Origin: an uncultured Chryseobacterium sp.
GTDB taxonomy: Bacteria; Bacteroidota; Bacteroidia; Flavobacteriales_F; PHOS-HE28
Reading direction: 5' to 3'
DNA: 28,400 nt
Assembly: GCA_964517015.1 (NCBI GenBank)
Contig: CAZFAW010000002.1
Location: forward strand, 1-28,400
Position 1 is the first letter of the stretch, and each line of letters starts with the position of its first letter. Below the pieces are notes generated by a model. It made no database searches. It saw only the letters and a list, made by a program, of their open reading frames with translations, and had not been told where the DNA came from. Positions 1 to 9,268 of this stretch are shown here, in pieces. A program made the translations under genes and the position numbers.

Positions 1-1407
1 CACGGCGAGGTCCCAGATCCCGCGGGCGCTGTGCACGTCCAGTTCCAGTTCGAACGGGCGCACACCGCCGAATTCGCGTTCGAACCACAGGAAGCCCTGT
101 TTTTGCGGATCGCTCTCGGGCAGGTCTTCCAGCAGGAAGTTGTTCACCTTGAGCCGGGGCAGGAACACCGTGCACGCCGCCACCACCAGCAGGGCGAACC
201 ACGGGATCCTTCGCCGGTCGCGCAGCACCCGGCGCAACAGGCCGTGCACCGCGCGATCCGCACTGCTGCCGCGCACGGCGCGTAGGGACGGCACAGGTGT
301 GGGCAACAGCACCAGCACCGCAGGCAACAGGGTGAAGGAAAGGGCGTACGCCAGGAACACGCCCGCCGCGGTGAACACCCCGAACTCGCTCATGGGCCGT
401 ATGCCGCTGGTGACCAGCGTGGCATACCCGATCGCCGTGGTGAGCATGGTGATGAAGGTGCTCAGGCCCACTTCGGCATAGGTGATCGCCAGGGCGCGCT
501 GTTTCGCATGGCCCTCGCGCAGGGCTTCGATGTAGCGCTCGATGATGTGCACCGAATCGCTCATGCCCACCACGAACAGGATCGTGGGCAGCAGCATGGT
601 GAGGATGCTGAGCGGATGGCCCAGCGCCGTCATCAGCGCCACCTGCCAGAGCACCGTGAGGCCCACCACGGCGATGGGCGCGATCACGCCCCACGGCTTG
701 CGGAAGGCGATGAAGAGGAAGATCGCGAGCAGCACCACCGAACTGGTGAAGAAGGTCACCAGTTCGCGCTCCATGAGGGCGATGTAGTGTTGCTGGCCGT
801 GGATGCGCCCGGCCCTGCGCACACCGGGCAGCCCGCTCGCGTTCACCACGCGCTCGATCCCCGCCAGCAAGGTGTCGCTCTTCGCCTTGCTCAGGTCGGG
901 CTCGCATTGCAGCAGCACCAGCAACGCGGTCGCATCGGTGTTGAAGAAGCGCTCGCTCACGAAGGCATCGCCCATGATCCGCGCCGAGTCGGCGGCCAGG
1001 GTGCTGTCGGCGTCCAGGCGCAACCACGGCACCTCGAACACCCCGAACGGCGTGATGCGGGGATCCTTGAGCCGGGTGGGGGTGGCCACCGAGCGCACGC
1101 GGGGTACCCGTTGCAGACGGGCGGCCATGCTGTCCACCTTCACCAGGAAGCTGCGATCGAACACGGTGGGCGCGTTCGGCACGCCGATCATCACGAAGTC
1201 GTTGTCATGCCCGAACCGGTCGCGGAAGGCCAGGTACCGGTCCAATTCCGGATCGTCCTGCGGGAAGAACTTCTCGAAATCGTAATCGAGCCGCACGTGG
1301 CGCAGGGCCGGGATCGCCGGCAGGGTGATCACGGCCAGCACCAGCAGCATGCGCCAGGCCATGCGGCGCGTGAGCCACCGTTCGATCCGGGCGATCCGCT
1401 CCTCCAT
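1..1407 (-). CDS. MMPL/RND-superfamily transporter (5' part; runs off the left edge)
   Basis: Manual minus-strand translation from ATG at 1407: MEERIARIERWLTRRMAWRMLLVLAVITLP...LDYDFEKFFPQDDPE. It then shows a periplasmic loop and a TM block with the RND/MMPL motif LPTILFVVGMSDSVHIIERY, followed by more TM helices. No stop in the window, so it is absent from the ORF track. Confidence 0.85.
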   Translation of the reverse strand, partial: MEERIARIERWLTRRMAWRMLLVLAVITLPAIPALRHVRLDYDFEKFFPQDDPELDRYLAFRDRFGHDNDFVMIGVPNAPTVFDRSFLVKVDSMAARLQRVPRVRSVATPTRLKDPRITPFGVFEVPWLRLDADSTLAADSARIMGDAFVSERFFNTDATALLVLLQCEPDLSKAKSDTLLAGIERVVNASGLPGVRRAGRIHGQQHYIALMERELVTFFTSSVVLLAIFLFIAFRKPWGVIAPIAVVGLTVLWQVALMTALGHPLSILTMLLPTILFVVGMSDSVHIIERYIEALREGHAKQRALAITYAEVGLSTFITMLTTAIGYATLVTSGIRPMSEFGVFTAAGVFLAYALSFTLLPAVLVLLPTPVPSLRAVRGSSADRAVHGLLRRVLRDRRRIPWFALLVVAACTVFLPRLKVNNFLLEDLPESDPQKQGFLWFEREFGGVRPFELELDVHSARGIWDLAV

Positions 1408-1434
1408 CAACAAGGGCCCGTCGATCGGGCGTCG

Positions 1435-1442
1435 CAAAGGTG
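1435..1442 (-). promoter_or_regulatory. Putative Bacteroidota -7 element (CACCTTTG) for the MMPL gene
   Basis: One mismatch to TAnnTTTG, 27 nt before the ATG at 1407, back-to-back with the WG-gene motif. Confidence 0.4.
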
Positions 1443-1466
1443 GATCAGCGCCGCGAACCGCAGGGG

Positions 1467-1474
1467 TACTTTCG
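1467..1474 (+). promoter_or_regulatory. Putative -7 element (TACTTTCG) for the WG-repeat gene
   Basis: Variant of Bacteroidota TAnnTTTG, 6 nt before ATG 1481. The same octamer recurs at 9250 (+) and 25155-25162 (-). Confidence 0.55.
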
Positions 1475-1480
1475 CCCCCG

Positions 1481-3607
1481 ATGCGAACGATCGCGAGGGC
1501 CCTGGCCGCGGGCGTCCTGTGCACCCTGGCGCCGCCGGTAAAGGCCGGCAAACTGGACAAGGCCTTCGAGGCCCTGCAGGTGCACAACTATTTCCTTGCG
1601 CGCGAGATCCTGCTCGGCCAGGTGAAGAAGCACCCGGCGGCAGCGTGGTACGGCCTGAGCGTGATCACCGGCCGCGCGGACAACCCCTTCTATCAGCTCG
1701 ACAGCTCCTTCTTCGCGATCCAACGCGCCGATGCCGCCTTCACCACCACCGACGACCGTGAGCGCGTTCGGATCAAGAAGCTGGGCGTGGACGATGATGC
1801 CATCCGTGCGCAGCGCAAGCACGTGAACGACGTGGCCTGGGATCAGACCAGGGGCCTGAACACCATCGCCGCGTACGAACGCTACCTGAACACCTACCAG
1901 CAGAGCGCCCACCTGGAGGCGGCCCGCACCGTGCGCGATTCCATGGCCTTCGAAGTGGCGCGTGCCGCCAACACCGCGGCCGCCTATCAGGCCTTCATCG
2001 ATCGCTATCCCGAGGCCCACGGGATCTTCCAGGCTCGCGCGCGATTGCAGGAGGCGATCTACCGCGAAGCCACGCCCGACCGGACCATACCGCAGTACGA
2101 AGCCTTCCTGGCCCGCTACCCCGACAGCCCGTTCACGCAGAACGCCGAGGACGAGATCTACCGCTTGAGCACCACCGCCCGCACGGCCTCCGCCTTCCGG
2201 GACTTCATTTCCAAGTACCCTACGAACCACCGCGTGCCCGAAGCCTGGCGCGCATTGTACGAGATCCACACCAAGGACCTGAACGTGGGGACCATCACGC
2301 AATTCCTGCGCGACCATCCGGACTATCCCTACATCAACGAGCTCTCGGCCGACTACACCGTGGCCAACCTGCGCCTCTATGCGATCCGCCGCGACGGGAA
2401 GTGGGGCTACATGGACGAGGACGGCCTGGAACGCATCAAGGCCGAGTACGACGAAGCGGAACCGTTCCGCAACGGGCAGGCACTGGTGGGCCGGGAGGAG
2501 CGCACCGGCACCATCAACAAGGGCGGAAGGGAGGTGGTGCCGATCCTCTACGACGATGTGTTGGAGTTCAGCGAAGGACTGGCCACCGTGGAACGTGGCG
2601 GCAAGGTGGGCGCGGTGGAGCGCTCCGGAGAACTGAGCGTGCCCATGGAATTCACCGAGGTGGGCGAGTTCAAGAACGGTCTGGCCTACGCCGAACGCGA
2701 GGAGAAGTACGGATACATCGACGCACGGGGCGGCGAACGCATCGGATTCGTGTACGACATGGCGGGCACCTTCCGGAACGGACTTGCCGTGGTGGAAAAG
2801 GAGGACCGCGTGGGCGCCATCGATGCGAAGGGCGATGTGGTGGTGCCCTTCCAGTACGATTGGATCGAAGGGTTCGAGCAAGGCCCCTCGCGCGTGCGCA
2901 ACGGCGATCACATGGGCATCATCGGTCCTTTCGGCGATGTACTGCTCGCCGTGGAACATGAGCACGTGGGCGCATTCAAGGACGGCCTGGCCCTGGTGAT
3001 CGACGGCCGCAAGTGCGGCTACGTGGACATGACCGGTCGTTGGGTGGTGCCACAGCAGTACGAAGCGCCTGAGGGCGCCGCCACCTGGGGCGACTTCTTC
3101 AACGGTTGCGCCGAAGTACAGAAAGCCGGCAAGCGCGGAATGATCGATACGAAAGGTGCGTTGCTCTTCCCCTGCCAGTGGCAGGACATCGGGCGGGTGA
3201 CCGGCCCGCTGGTGCCCGTGAAGAAGAAGGACAGCTGGAGCTACGTGGACCGGAAGATGGCGCCCGTGGGCAAGGTGCAAGCCGATCAGGCGTGGGAACC
3301 CGTGTCCGGTCATGCGCGCTTCCGCATCGGCGATCGCTTCGCCATGATCGACAGTACCGGCCGAACGGTGCTGCCCGCGCACTATTCGGCCATGTCCGAT
3401 GTGCAGTTCGGGAAGGTGGTCGTGGAGAACGAAGGCGCCACCGGGATCGTGGACCTGGCCAATGGCGTGGTGTTGCCGCTGGCATACGATGCCGTATCGA
3501 TCGTGGACGAGCACATGGCCCGTGTGACCAGAGGGGAACGCATCGCATGGTACCGCACCGATCGCAAGGCCTTCGTATGGAAGGAGCAGGGCTTCGATGC
3601 GGAGTGA
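1481..3607 (+). CDS. WG-repeat (KWG/WG_beta_rep) protein with signal peptide and N-terminal helical YxxF(L/I)xxYP repeats
   Basis: Signal-peptide-like MRTIARALAAGVLCTLAPPVKA. Helical repeats AYQAFIDRYP, QYEAFLARYPDS, AFRDFISKYPT. Then many WG repeats (DGKWGYMDEDG, EPFRNGQALV, EFSEGLATVERGGKVG, EFKNGLAYAEREEKYGYID). ATG 1481 preferred over the track start at 1325. Confidence 0.85.
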   Translation: MRTIARALAAGVLCTLAPPVKAGKLDKAFEALQVHNYFLAREILLGQVKKHPAAAWYGLSVITGRADNPFYQLDSSFFAIQRADAAFTTTDDRERVRIKKLGVDDDAIRAQRKHVNDVAWDQTRGLNTIAAYERYLNTYQQSAHLEAARTVRDSMAFEVARAANTAAAYQAFIDRYPEAHGIFQARARLQEAIYREATPDRTIPQYEAFLARYPDSPFTQNAEDEIYRLSTTARTASAFRDFISKYPTNHRVPEAWRALYEIHTKDLNVGTITQFLRDHPDYPYINELSADYTVANLRLYAIRRDGKWGYMDEDGLERIKAEYDEAEPFRNGQALVGREERTGTINKGGREVVPILYDDVLEFSEGLATVERGGKVGAVERSGELSVPMEFTEVGEFKNGLAYAEREEKYGYIDARGGERIGFVYDMAGTFRNGLAVVEKEDRVGAIDAKGDVVVPFQYDWIEGFEQGPSRVRNGDHMGIIGPFGDVLLAVEHEHVGAFKDGLALVIDGRKCGYVDMTGRWVVPQQYEAPEGAATWGDFFNGCAEVQKAGKRGMIDTKGALLFPCQWQDIGRVTGPLVPVKKKDSWSYVDRKMAPVGKVQADQAWEPVSGHARFRIGDRFAMIDSTGRTVLPAHYSAMSDVQFGKVVVENEGATGIVDLANGVVLPLAYDAVSIVDEHMARVTRGERIAWYRTDRKAFVWKEQGFDAE

Positions 3608-3628
3608 ACGTCCGCCACGCCCGGTTCC

Positions 3629-6600
3629 TCAGCGCAAAACCGTCACGTGACCTGTCAACCGGTGCTGGTCCACGCCCATGTCGGTGGACGCCTTGTAGCG
3701 CAGTGACCAGACGTACGTTCCGTCCTGCACCGCGTTCCCGTTCAATGTGCCGTTCCAGCCGGCATGCGGATCTCCGGTGCGGAAGATCGCTTCGCCCCAG
3801 CGATCGAACACCAGCAGTTCGTAAGCGTCCATGCTGCCGGTGATCACCGGCAGGAACACATCGTTCACGCCATCGCCATCCGGGGTGAACGCGTTCGGCA
3901 CGTGCACCATGGGCGGGCAGTCACCCGCTTCCACGTGAACCGTGTCGCTCGCAGCGATGCAATCGCCCGTGATCACCACACTGTACCAGCCCGCTTCGAG
4001 CACGGTGAGCGTGGCATCTTGGTCGCCCGTGCTCCAGTCGTAGGCCGCGCCGGGCGTGGAAGCATCGAGTTCCACGGTTTCGCCTTCGCAGATCGTGCGG
4101 TCCGGCCCAAGGTCGATCGACCCGACGAAGGGCACGAAGGTCAAAGTCACCGCATCCGTCGTACTGCACCCATCAAGGGTGAAGGTGACCTGATAGGTGC
4201 CCGATGCGGTGACCGCCACCGCGCTCCCCGAGCCGCCGGTGCTCCAAAGCACCTGCGCGGCGCCCGGTGCGACCTCCAACAGGGCCGTGTCGCCCGCGCA
4301 GTAGGACGCATCGGGACCGAGGTCCGGTTGTGTGATGGGCGTGATGGCGAGGAGCAGGGAGTCGCGCTCGCTGCATCCGGAGATCGATACGTCCACCCAA
4401 TACAGCCCCGCTGCGGATGTGCTCAAGGTCCCAGCCGTGGATCCGTCCTGCCAGAGGTAGCTGCCTCCGGGAACGGGATCGCCAAGGATCACCGATGCAC
4501 CGGGGCAGATGGACAGGTCGGGACCCAGGTCCACGAAGCCGGGAGCGAGGTAATCCACCACGATCGCATCGCTGGCCATGCACCCCGCAAGGTCAACGGT
4601 CACCGCGTACGTGCCCGGTGCGGTAACACCGTAGGTCGGCCCGGTGGACCCGTCCTGCCAGAGGTAGCTCGCGCCGGCCTGCATCACATCCAACGCGAGC
4701 GAGGCGCCATCGCAAAGAAGGGTGTCGTTGCCGAGTGCAACGGTGGGCAGGGGCAGTACGTCCACGTTCACCTCGCCGGTGGTGGTGCAAGCGCTCACCG
4801 TGGCGTTCACCGCGTAACTGCCGGTGGATGTTGCCGTGATGGTGGGCGTGGTGGCGCCCGTGCTCCAGAGGTAGGTGGCACCGGGCAGCGTGGCGTCGAG
4901 CAACACCGCACCGCCCGCGCAGAAGGTGGTGTCGTTGCCCAGGTCGATGGTGCCCGGTGAAAGCACGCTCACCAGGATCGCGTCGCTGCTGGTGCAACCG
5001 TTGGCCGTCACGTCCACCGAATAGGTGTTCGCGCTGGTTGCCGTGATCGTGTTCGCCGTGCTGCCGGTGCTCCAGAGGTAGGTCGCGCCGGGCGCGGTTG
5101 CATCGAGGGAGAGCGAGGCGCCTGCGCAAATGGTGGTGTCGTTGCCCAGGTCCACCGTGGGCAGCGGGGTCACGGATACGGCGATCGCATCGGAGGCCGC
5201 GCATCCGCTCACGTCCACGTTCACCGCGTAACTGCCGGTGGATGTTGCCGTGATGGTGGGCGTGGTGGCGCCCGTGCTCCAGAGGTAGGTGGCACCGGGC
5301 AGCGTGGCGTCGAGCAACACCGCACCGCCCGCGCAGAAGGTGGTGTCGTTGCCCAGGTCGATGGTGCCCGGTGAAAGCACGCTCACCAGGATCGCGTCGC
5401 TGCTGGTGCAACCGTTGGCCGTCACGTCCACCGAATAGGTGTTCGCGCTGGTTGCCGTGATCGTGTTCGCCGTGCTGCCGGTGCTCCAGAGGTAGGTCGC
5501 GCCGGGCGCGGTTGCATCGAGGGAGAGCGAGGCGCCTGCGCAAATGGTGGTGTCGTTGCCCAGGTCCACCGTGGGCAGCGGGGTCACGGATACGGCGATC
5601 GCATCGTTCACTGCGCAACCTCCTTGCATCACTTGCACCGAATAGGGGCCTGCGGAGCCTACCACGATCGTGGGCGAAGTAGCGCCGGTGTTCCACAGGT
5701 AGGTGGAACCGGGCAACGTGGCATCGAGCGTGAGGGTCTGGCCCTGGCAGAGCGTGGTGTCGTTACCGAGGTCGATCGCCGTGGGCGTGGCATAGAACAC
5801 GTGGATCGAATCGGTGCCCACGCAACCGTTCGCATCGGTCAGGTCCACGTACCACGTACCCGCGCCCGCCACCATGATCGAAGGGCCGGTTGTCCCGTTC
5901 GACCAGGAGTAGGTGACGCCCGGCGTGGTGGCATCCAGCACCAGCAAGGCGCCCGGGCACAACGTGGTGTCGTTGCCCAGTTCCACAGCGGGGGCTGGCA
6001 AGGCGTTCATCACGATCGCATCGGTCACGGTGCACAAGCCTTCGTCCACCTGCACGCTGTACGTGCCTGCCGTGCTCACCGCGATCGTCGGCGTGGTTTC
6101 TCCGGTGCTCCAGAGGTAGGTGGCGCCCGGAGTGGTGGCGTCGAGCGTAACGGGCATGCCGTTGCACACGGTGGCATCGGGTCCGAGGTACACCGGTGTG
6201 GTGGTGGTGTAGGTCACCAGGATCGAATCGGTGCCCACGCAGCCGTTCGCATCGGTCACATCCACGAACCAGGTTCCGCCACCGGCGATCACGATCGCAG
6301 GGGCCGACGCGCCGTTCGACCAGGAGTAGCTGGCACCCGGTGTGGTGGCGTTCAGTGGCAGCAACGCGCCCGGGCAGAGCGTGGTATCGTTGCCCAGGTC
6401 GATCACCGGAGGTGTGTAGGCGCCGATCGTCACGGCGTCGCTGCCGGTGCATCCGTTCACGGTCACGTCCACCGAGTAGGTGCCCGGGCCCACGGAGATC
6501 GTGGGCGTCACTGCGCCCGTGCTCCAGAGGTAGCTCGCACCGGTAGCGGTTGCGTTCAACACCACGGTGGCACCGGGACAAACCGACGTTCCGGCACCCA

Positions 6601-8410
6601 GGCTCACCACGGGCAGGGCATGGAAGGTCACGTCGATGGAATCGCGCACGGCACAGCCGTTCGTACTGGCTTCCACCCAATAGGTGCCGGTCGTGGTTAC
6701 GGCGATCGCATTCGTGCTCGCACCGGTGCTCCAGAGGTAGCTCGCACCGGGAATGCTCACGCTCAAGGGCACCACATCGCCCACGCAGGCATCGATGTCG
6801 GCGCCCAGGGCCACGACAGGGAGCGTGTGGTTCGCCACGGTGATCGCATCGCTGCTGGTGCATCCGTTCACCGTCACGTCCACGGTGCAGGTACCGGCGG
6901 TGGTGGCCGTGAACGTGGCCGCAGTGCTGCCGTCCTGCCACAAATAGGTTGCACCCGGGGCGGTCGCGTCGAGCGGCACCGGTTCGCCCGGGCACACCGT
7001 GGTGTCGTTGCCCAGGTCCACCACGGGCAGGGGGTTGAAGAGCACGGCGATCGAATCGCGCGAAGCACAGCCGTTGGTGCTGGCTTCGAGCCAGTACGTG
7101 CCGCTGGTGGTCACCGTGATCGCGTTCGCGGTGGCGCCCGTGCTCCAGAGGTAAGTGGCCCCGGGAATGCTCATGCTCAACGCCACCGCATCGCCCACGC
7201 AGGCGCTGAGGTCCGGCCCCAAAGCGACCACCGGCGGTGTGTGGTTCGCCACGGTGATCGCATCGCTGCCGGTGCACCCGTTGGCCGTCACGTCCACCGA
7301 AAACACGCCCGGCGCGTTGGCGGTGAAGGTCGCGGCCGTGCTGCCGTCCTGCCACACGTAGGTTCCTCCGGGCGTGGTGGCGTCGAGCGGTACCGGTTCA
7401 CCGGGACACACCGTGGTGTCGTTGCCCAGGGCCACCACCGGCAGGGGCGTGTACGCCATGGTCACGGCGTCGGAGTTGCTGCAACCGTTGGCCGTCACCG
7501 TTACGTTGTAGGTGCCGGGGCCGGTCACGTTGTAGAACGCGGAGTTGCTGCCGTCCTGCCACAGATAGGTTCCTCCCGGCACGGCGGCGTTCAACAGGGT
7601 GTCCTCACCGGCGCAAAAGGTCTGGTCGGGTCCCAGGTCCACCGTGGGCAACGGGGTCACGTTCACCATGGCGCTGTCGCGCAGCACGATCGTCGCGCTC
7701 ACGGAAATATCGTCGATGCCCACATCGTTGCCCACGCCCCAGGTGCTCAGGTAGCGCATGCAGAGGTCCAGCCACGTCTGCGATGGGCCTGTGGTGTAGG
7801 TGGTGGTGTAGGTGTTCCACTGGCCTTGCACGCTGCTGGCGGTGAAGGGGCCCAGGCTCGTGGTCCAATCGGCCAGCAATTCCACGGTGGGCGGGCCCGT
7901 GTTGGCCAGGTTCGCCATGCGGAAGCTGAGCGTGTAGGTCTGGTCGGGGCACACCGGCATGCCCGCGCACCAGAAGCTGGCGTAAGCGTGCATCCAGCCC
8001 GCGTTCACCATGAGGAAATTGCCGCTGCCGGTGCACAGCCACTGCGGGTGGTAGGTGTTGGCGTTCGTGCCGATGTAATAGTTGCCGTCCACCTGCAGGT
8101 TCGGGTCGTAGGTGAAATCGCCGTAGAAGCCCGTGTTGCCCGCGCTGAAATCGCCGTTGGTCACCACGTTGCCGCTGGGGTAGGAGACCTGCCCCCAAAC
8201 CAGGCCGGCCGTGCCGGTGTTCAGCGAGGACGTGGTGGCGCCCGTGCTCCACAAGTAGTTCGGATACCCTCCGGGCAGGGTGAAGGTGGTGGTGGTGCCC
8301 TGGCAGATCGTCCGGTCTGGGCCGATGGAAATGGGCCCGCATTGCGCGGCGGCTGAAGCCACGATCGCGGTGCCCAAAAGGGAGCAGAGCGGTCGGCGGG
8401 AACGGGTCAT
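3629..8410 (-). CDS. Large T9SS type-B cargo (gliding-motility-associated C-terminal domain) surface protein with about 19 tandem ~69-aa beta repeats
   Basis: Signal peptide ending AAAQ. Repeats of the form (D/A)LGNDTTxCxG...LDATxPGATYLWSTG...GxYxVxV...GC...DAI. C-terminal type-B CTD VPNAFTPDGDGVNDVF...FDRWGE...WNG...DGTYVW...GHVTVLR. Confidence 0.9.
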   Translation of the reverse strand: MTRSRRPLCSLLGTAIVASAAAQCGPISIGPDRTICQGTTTTFTLPGGYPNYLWSTGATTSSLNTGTAGLVWGQVSYPSGNVVTNGDFSAGNTGFYGDFTYDPNLQVDGNYYIGTNANTYHPQWLCTGSGNFLMVNAGWMHAYASFWCAGMPVCPDQTYTLSFRMANLANTGPPTVELLADWTTSLGPFTASSVQGQWNTYTTTYTTGPSQTWLDLCMRYLSTWGVGNDVGIDDISVSATIVLRDSAMVNVTPLPTVDLGPDQTFCAGEDTLLNAAVPGGTYLWQDGSNSAFYNVTGPGTYNVTVTANGCSNSDAVTMAYTPLPVVALGNDTTVCPGEPVPLDATTPGGTYVWQDGSTAATFTANAPGVFSVDVTANGCTGSDAITVANHTPPVVALGPDLSACVGDAVALSMSIPGATYLWSTGATANAITVTTSGTYWLEASTNGCASRDSIAVLFNPLPVVDLGNDTTVCPGEPVPLDATAPGATYLWQDGSTAATFTATTAGTCTVDVTVNGCTSSDAITVANHTLPVVALGADIDACVGDVVPLSVSIPGASYLWSTGASTNAIAVTTTGTYWVEASTNGCAVRDSIDVTFHALPVVSLGAGTSVCPGATVVLNATATGASYLWSTGAVTPTISVGPGTYSVDVTVNGCTGSDAVTIGAYTPPVIDLGNDTTLCPGALLPLNATTPGASYSWSNGASAPAIVIAGGGTWFVDVTDANGCVGTDSILVTYTTTTPVYLGPDATVCNGMPVTLDATTPGATYLWSTGETTPTIAVSTAGTYSVQVDEGLCTVTDAIVMNALPAPAVELGNDTTLCPGALLVLDATTPGVTYSWSNGTTGPSIMVAGAGTWYVDLTDANGCVGTDSIHVFYATPTAIDLGNDTTLCQGQTLTLDATLPGSTYLWNTGATSPTIVVGSAGPYSVQVMQGGCAVNDAIAVSVTPLPTVDLGNDTTICAGASLSLDATAPGATYLWSTGSTANTITATSANTYSVDVTANGCTSSDAILVSVLSPGTIDLGNDTTFCAGGAVLLDATLPGATYLWSTGATTPTITATSTGSYAVNVDVSGCAASDAIAVSVTPLPTVDLGNDTTICAGASLSLDATAPGATYLWSTGSTANTITATSANTYSVDVTANGCTSSDAILVSVLSPGTIDLGNDTTFCAGGAVLLDATLPGATYLWSTGATTPTITATSTGSYAVNATVSACTTTGEVNVDVLPLPTVALGNDTLLCDGASLALDVMQAGASYLWQDGSTGPTYGVTAPGTYAVTVDLAGCMASDAIVVDYLAPGFVDLGPDLSICPGASVILGDPVPGGSYLWQDGSTAGTLSTSAAGLYWVDVSISGCSERDSLLLAITPITQPDLGPDASYCAGDTALLEVAPGAAQVLWSTGGSGSAVAVTASGTYQVTFTLDGCSTTDAVTLTFVPFVGSIDLGPDRTICEGETVELDASTPGAAYDWSTGDQDATLTVLEAGWYSVVITGDCIAASDTVHVEAGDCPPMVHVPNAFTPDGDGVNDVFLPVITGSMDAYELLVFDRWGEAIFRTGDPHAGWNGTLNGNAVQDGTYVWSLRYKASTDMGVDQHRLTGHVTVLR
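4804..5606. repeat. Perfect 389-bp direct repeat (4804-5192 and 5218-5606; period 414 bp = 138 aa = two domains)
   Basis: Line-by-line comparison showed identical nucleotides in the two copies. The protein segment DAIAVSVTPLPTVDLGNDTTICAG...STGSYAVN occurs twice. Confidence 0.9.
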
Positions 8411-8446
8411 CAGCGGGCGGCGCGGGCCGTCAGAAAACGTGCCACG

Positions 8447-8454
8447 CGAAAATA
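8447..8454 (-). promoter_or_regulatory. Putative -7 element (TATTTTCG) for the large T9SS-B gene
   Basis: Same octamer as 11824-11831 (+); 36 nt before ATG 8410. Confidence 0.5.
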
Positions 8455-8512
8455 GGACGTGCAGAACCCCGGGAACGCCGTCCGGACGCAGGATCCCTCC
8501 ACCATCCGGCGT

Positions 8513-9193
8513 TCATGGGAGGGCGGCCGGCGAGCGCCGCTTCACCGCTTCCCAGACCCTGTTGCCCGGGAGCGGCACCCGTTCGCGCACGCTGAGCCCG
8601 GCTGCGGTGAGGCCGTCGCGCACGGCCTGGCCCTGTGCCCTGCCCGCTTCGTCCAACGCCATGGTGTTCACCAGCAGCAAGCCGCCCACGGAGAGCCGTG
8701 CGTGCAGGTGGCCACAGGTCGCGGGTGCGGAGAGCTGTTCGGGAACACGGTCGTCGTGGAAAAGGTCCACCAGGATCAGGTCGAAATGGTGGGGCAGCGT
8801 GGCGATCGTGTCGAAGGCATCGGCCGTGATCACGTCCAGGTGCGGGATGCGGGCCAGGCCGAAGCGATTCAAGGCCAGGTGCACCATTGCGGGATCATCG
8901 TCCACGGCGGTGATCGGTGCGGCAAGACCGAGGTCGGTCCGCAACAACTGCACGATCCCCCCACCTCCAAGCCCCAGCACCAGCACGCGCTCCACGTGGC
9001 GCTCGCCCACGCGGGTCATGCGCAAGGTGCGGCGCCACACCTCCTGCAGGCTGCCATGGCTCTGGTTGGCGTGGGCGCTGTCGATCACCAACCGGCCGTT
9101 CTGCCATGCCAGGTCCAGCGGGCCGTGCCGTCCGGCGATCCGCGCCACACGAACGGGCCAGACGTAGCTGAGCAAGCGGGGCAGGAGGGACAT
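8513..9193 (-). CDS. Spermidine-synthase-like SAM-dependent methyltransferase-fold protein
   Basis: From ATG 9193 (MSLLPRLLSYVWP): SAM-binding motif RVLVLGLGGGG, then ITAVDDDPAMV, VITADAF and FDLILVDLF. The track ORF start at 10279 is an antisense extension. Confidence 0.8.
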   Translation of the reverse strand: MSLLPRLLSYVWPVRVARIAGRHGPLDLAWQNGRLVIDSAHANQSHGSLQEVWRRTLRMTRVGERHVERVLVLGLGGGGIVQLLRTDLGLAAPITAVDDDPAMVHLALNRFGLARIPHLDVITADAFDTIATLPHHFDLILVDLFHDDRVPEQLSAPATCGHLHARLSVGGLLLVNTMALDEAGRAQGQAVRDGLTAAGLSVRERVPLPGNRVWEAVKRRSPAALP

Positions 9194-9249
9194 GGGACGA
9201 AGATCGTGCGGAGGATGGGGCGGCGAAGGAAGTCGCGCGGGCAGCGCCC

Positions 9250-9257
9250 TACTTTCG
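9250..9257 (+). promoter_or_regulatory. Putative -7 element (TACTTTCG) for the membrane cyclase; a divergent GATCTTCG motif at 9198-9205 (-) lies 4 nt before ATG 9193
   Basis: Recurrent octamer, 11 nt before ATG 9269. Confidence 0.5.
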
Positions 9258-9268
9258 CGGCCCCTTCC

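Noticed and set aside
3905-7660. Recurring GTCGTTGCCCAGGTC-like and GTGCTCCAGAGGTAG-like words as a CRISPR array
   Set aside because: They are codons of protein repeats (DLGND, YLWST) with ~207-nt in-frame periodicity; no cas genes.
5624-8356. 910-aa + strand ORF and other long opposite-strand ORFs (1445-3514, 3764-4960, 9841-11838, 15358-16950, 25291-27264)
   Set aside because: Antisense or alternate-frame shadows of well-supported genes in high-GC DNA; His/Arg/Gly-rich with no recognisable motifs.
8473-8514. GAACGCCG...CGGCGTTC inverted repeat as an intrinsic terminator
   Set aside because: Only an 8-bp stem with a 26-nt loop and no U-tract, which is easily chance in GC-rich DNA.
8459-9268. 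Long N-terminal extensions in the ORF track (starts 1325, 8459, 9412, 10279, 15988, 18372, 25361)
   Set aside because: They overlap neighbouring genes. Downstream ATGs give clean signal peptides or domain starts and have adjacent promoter-like motifs.
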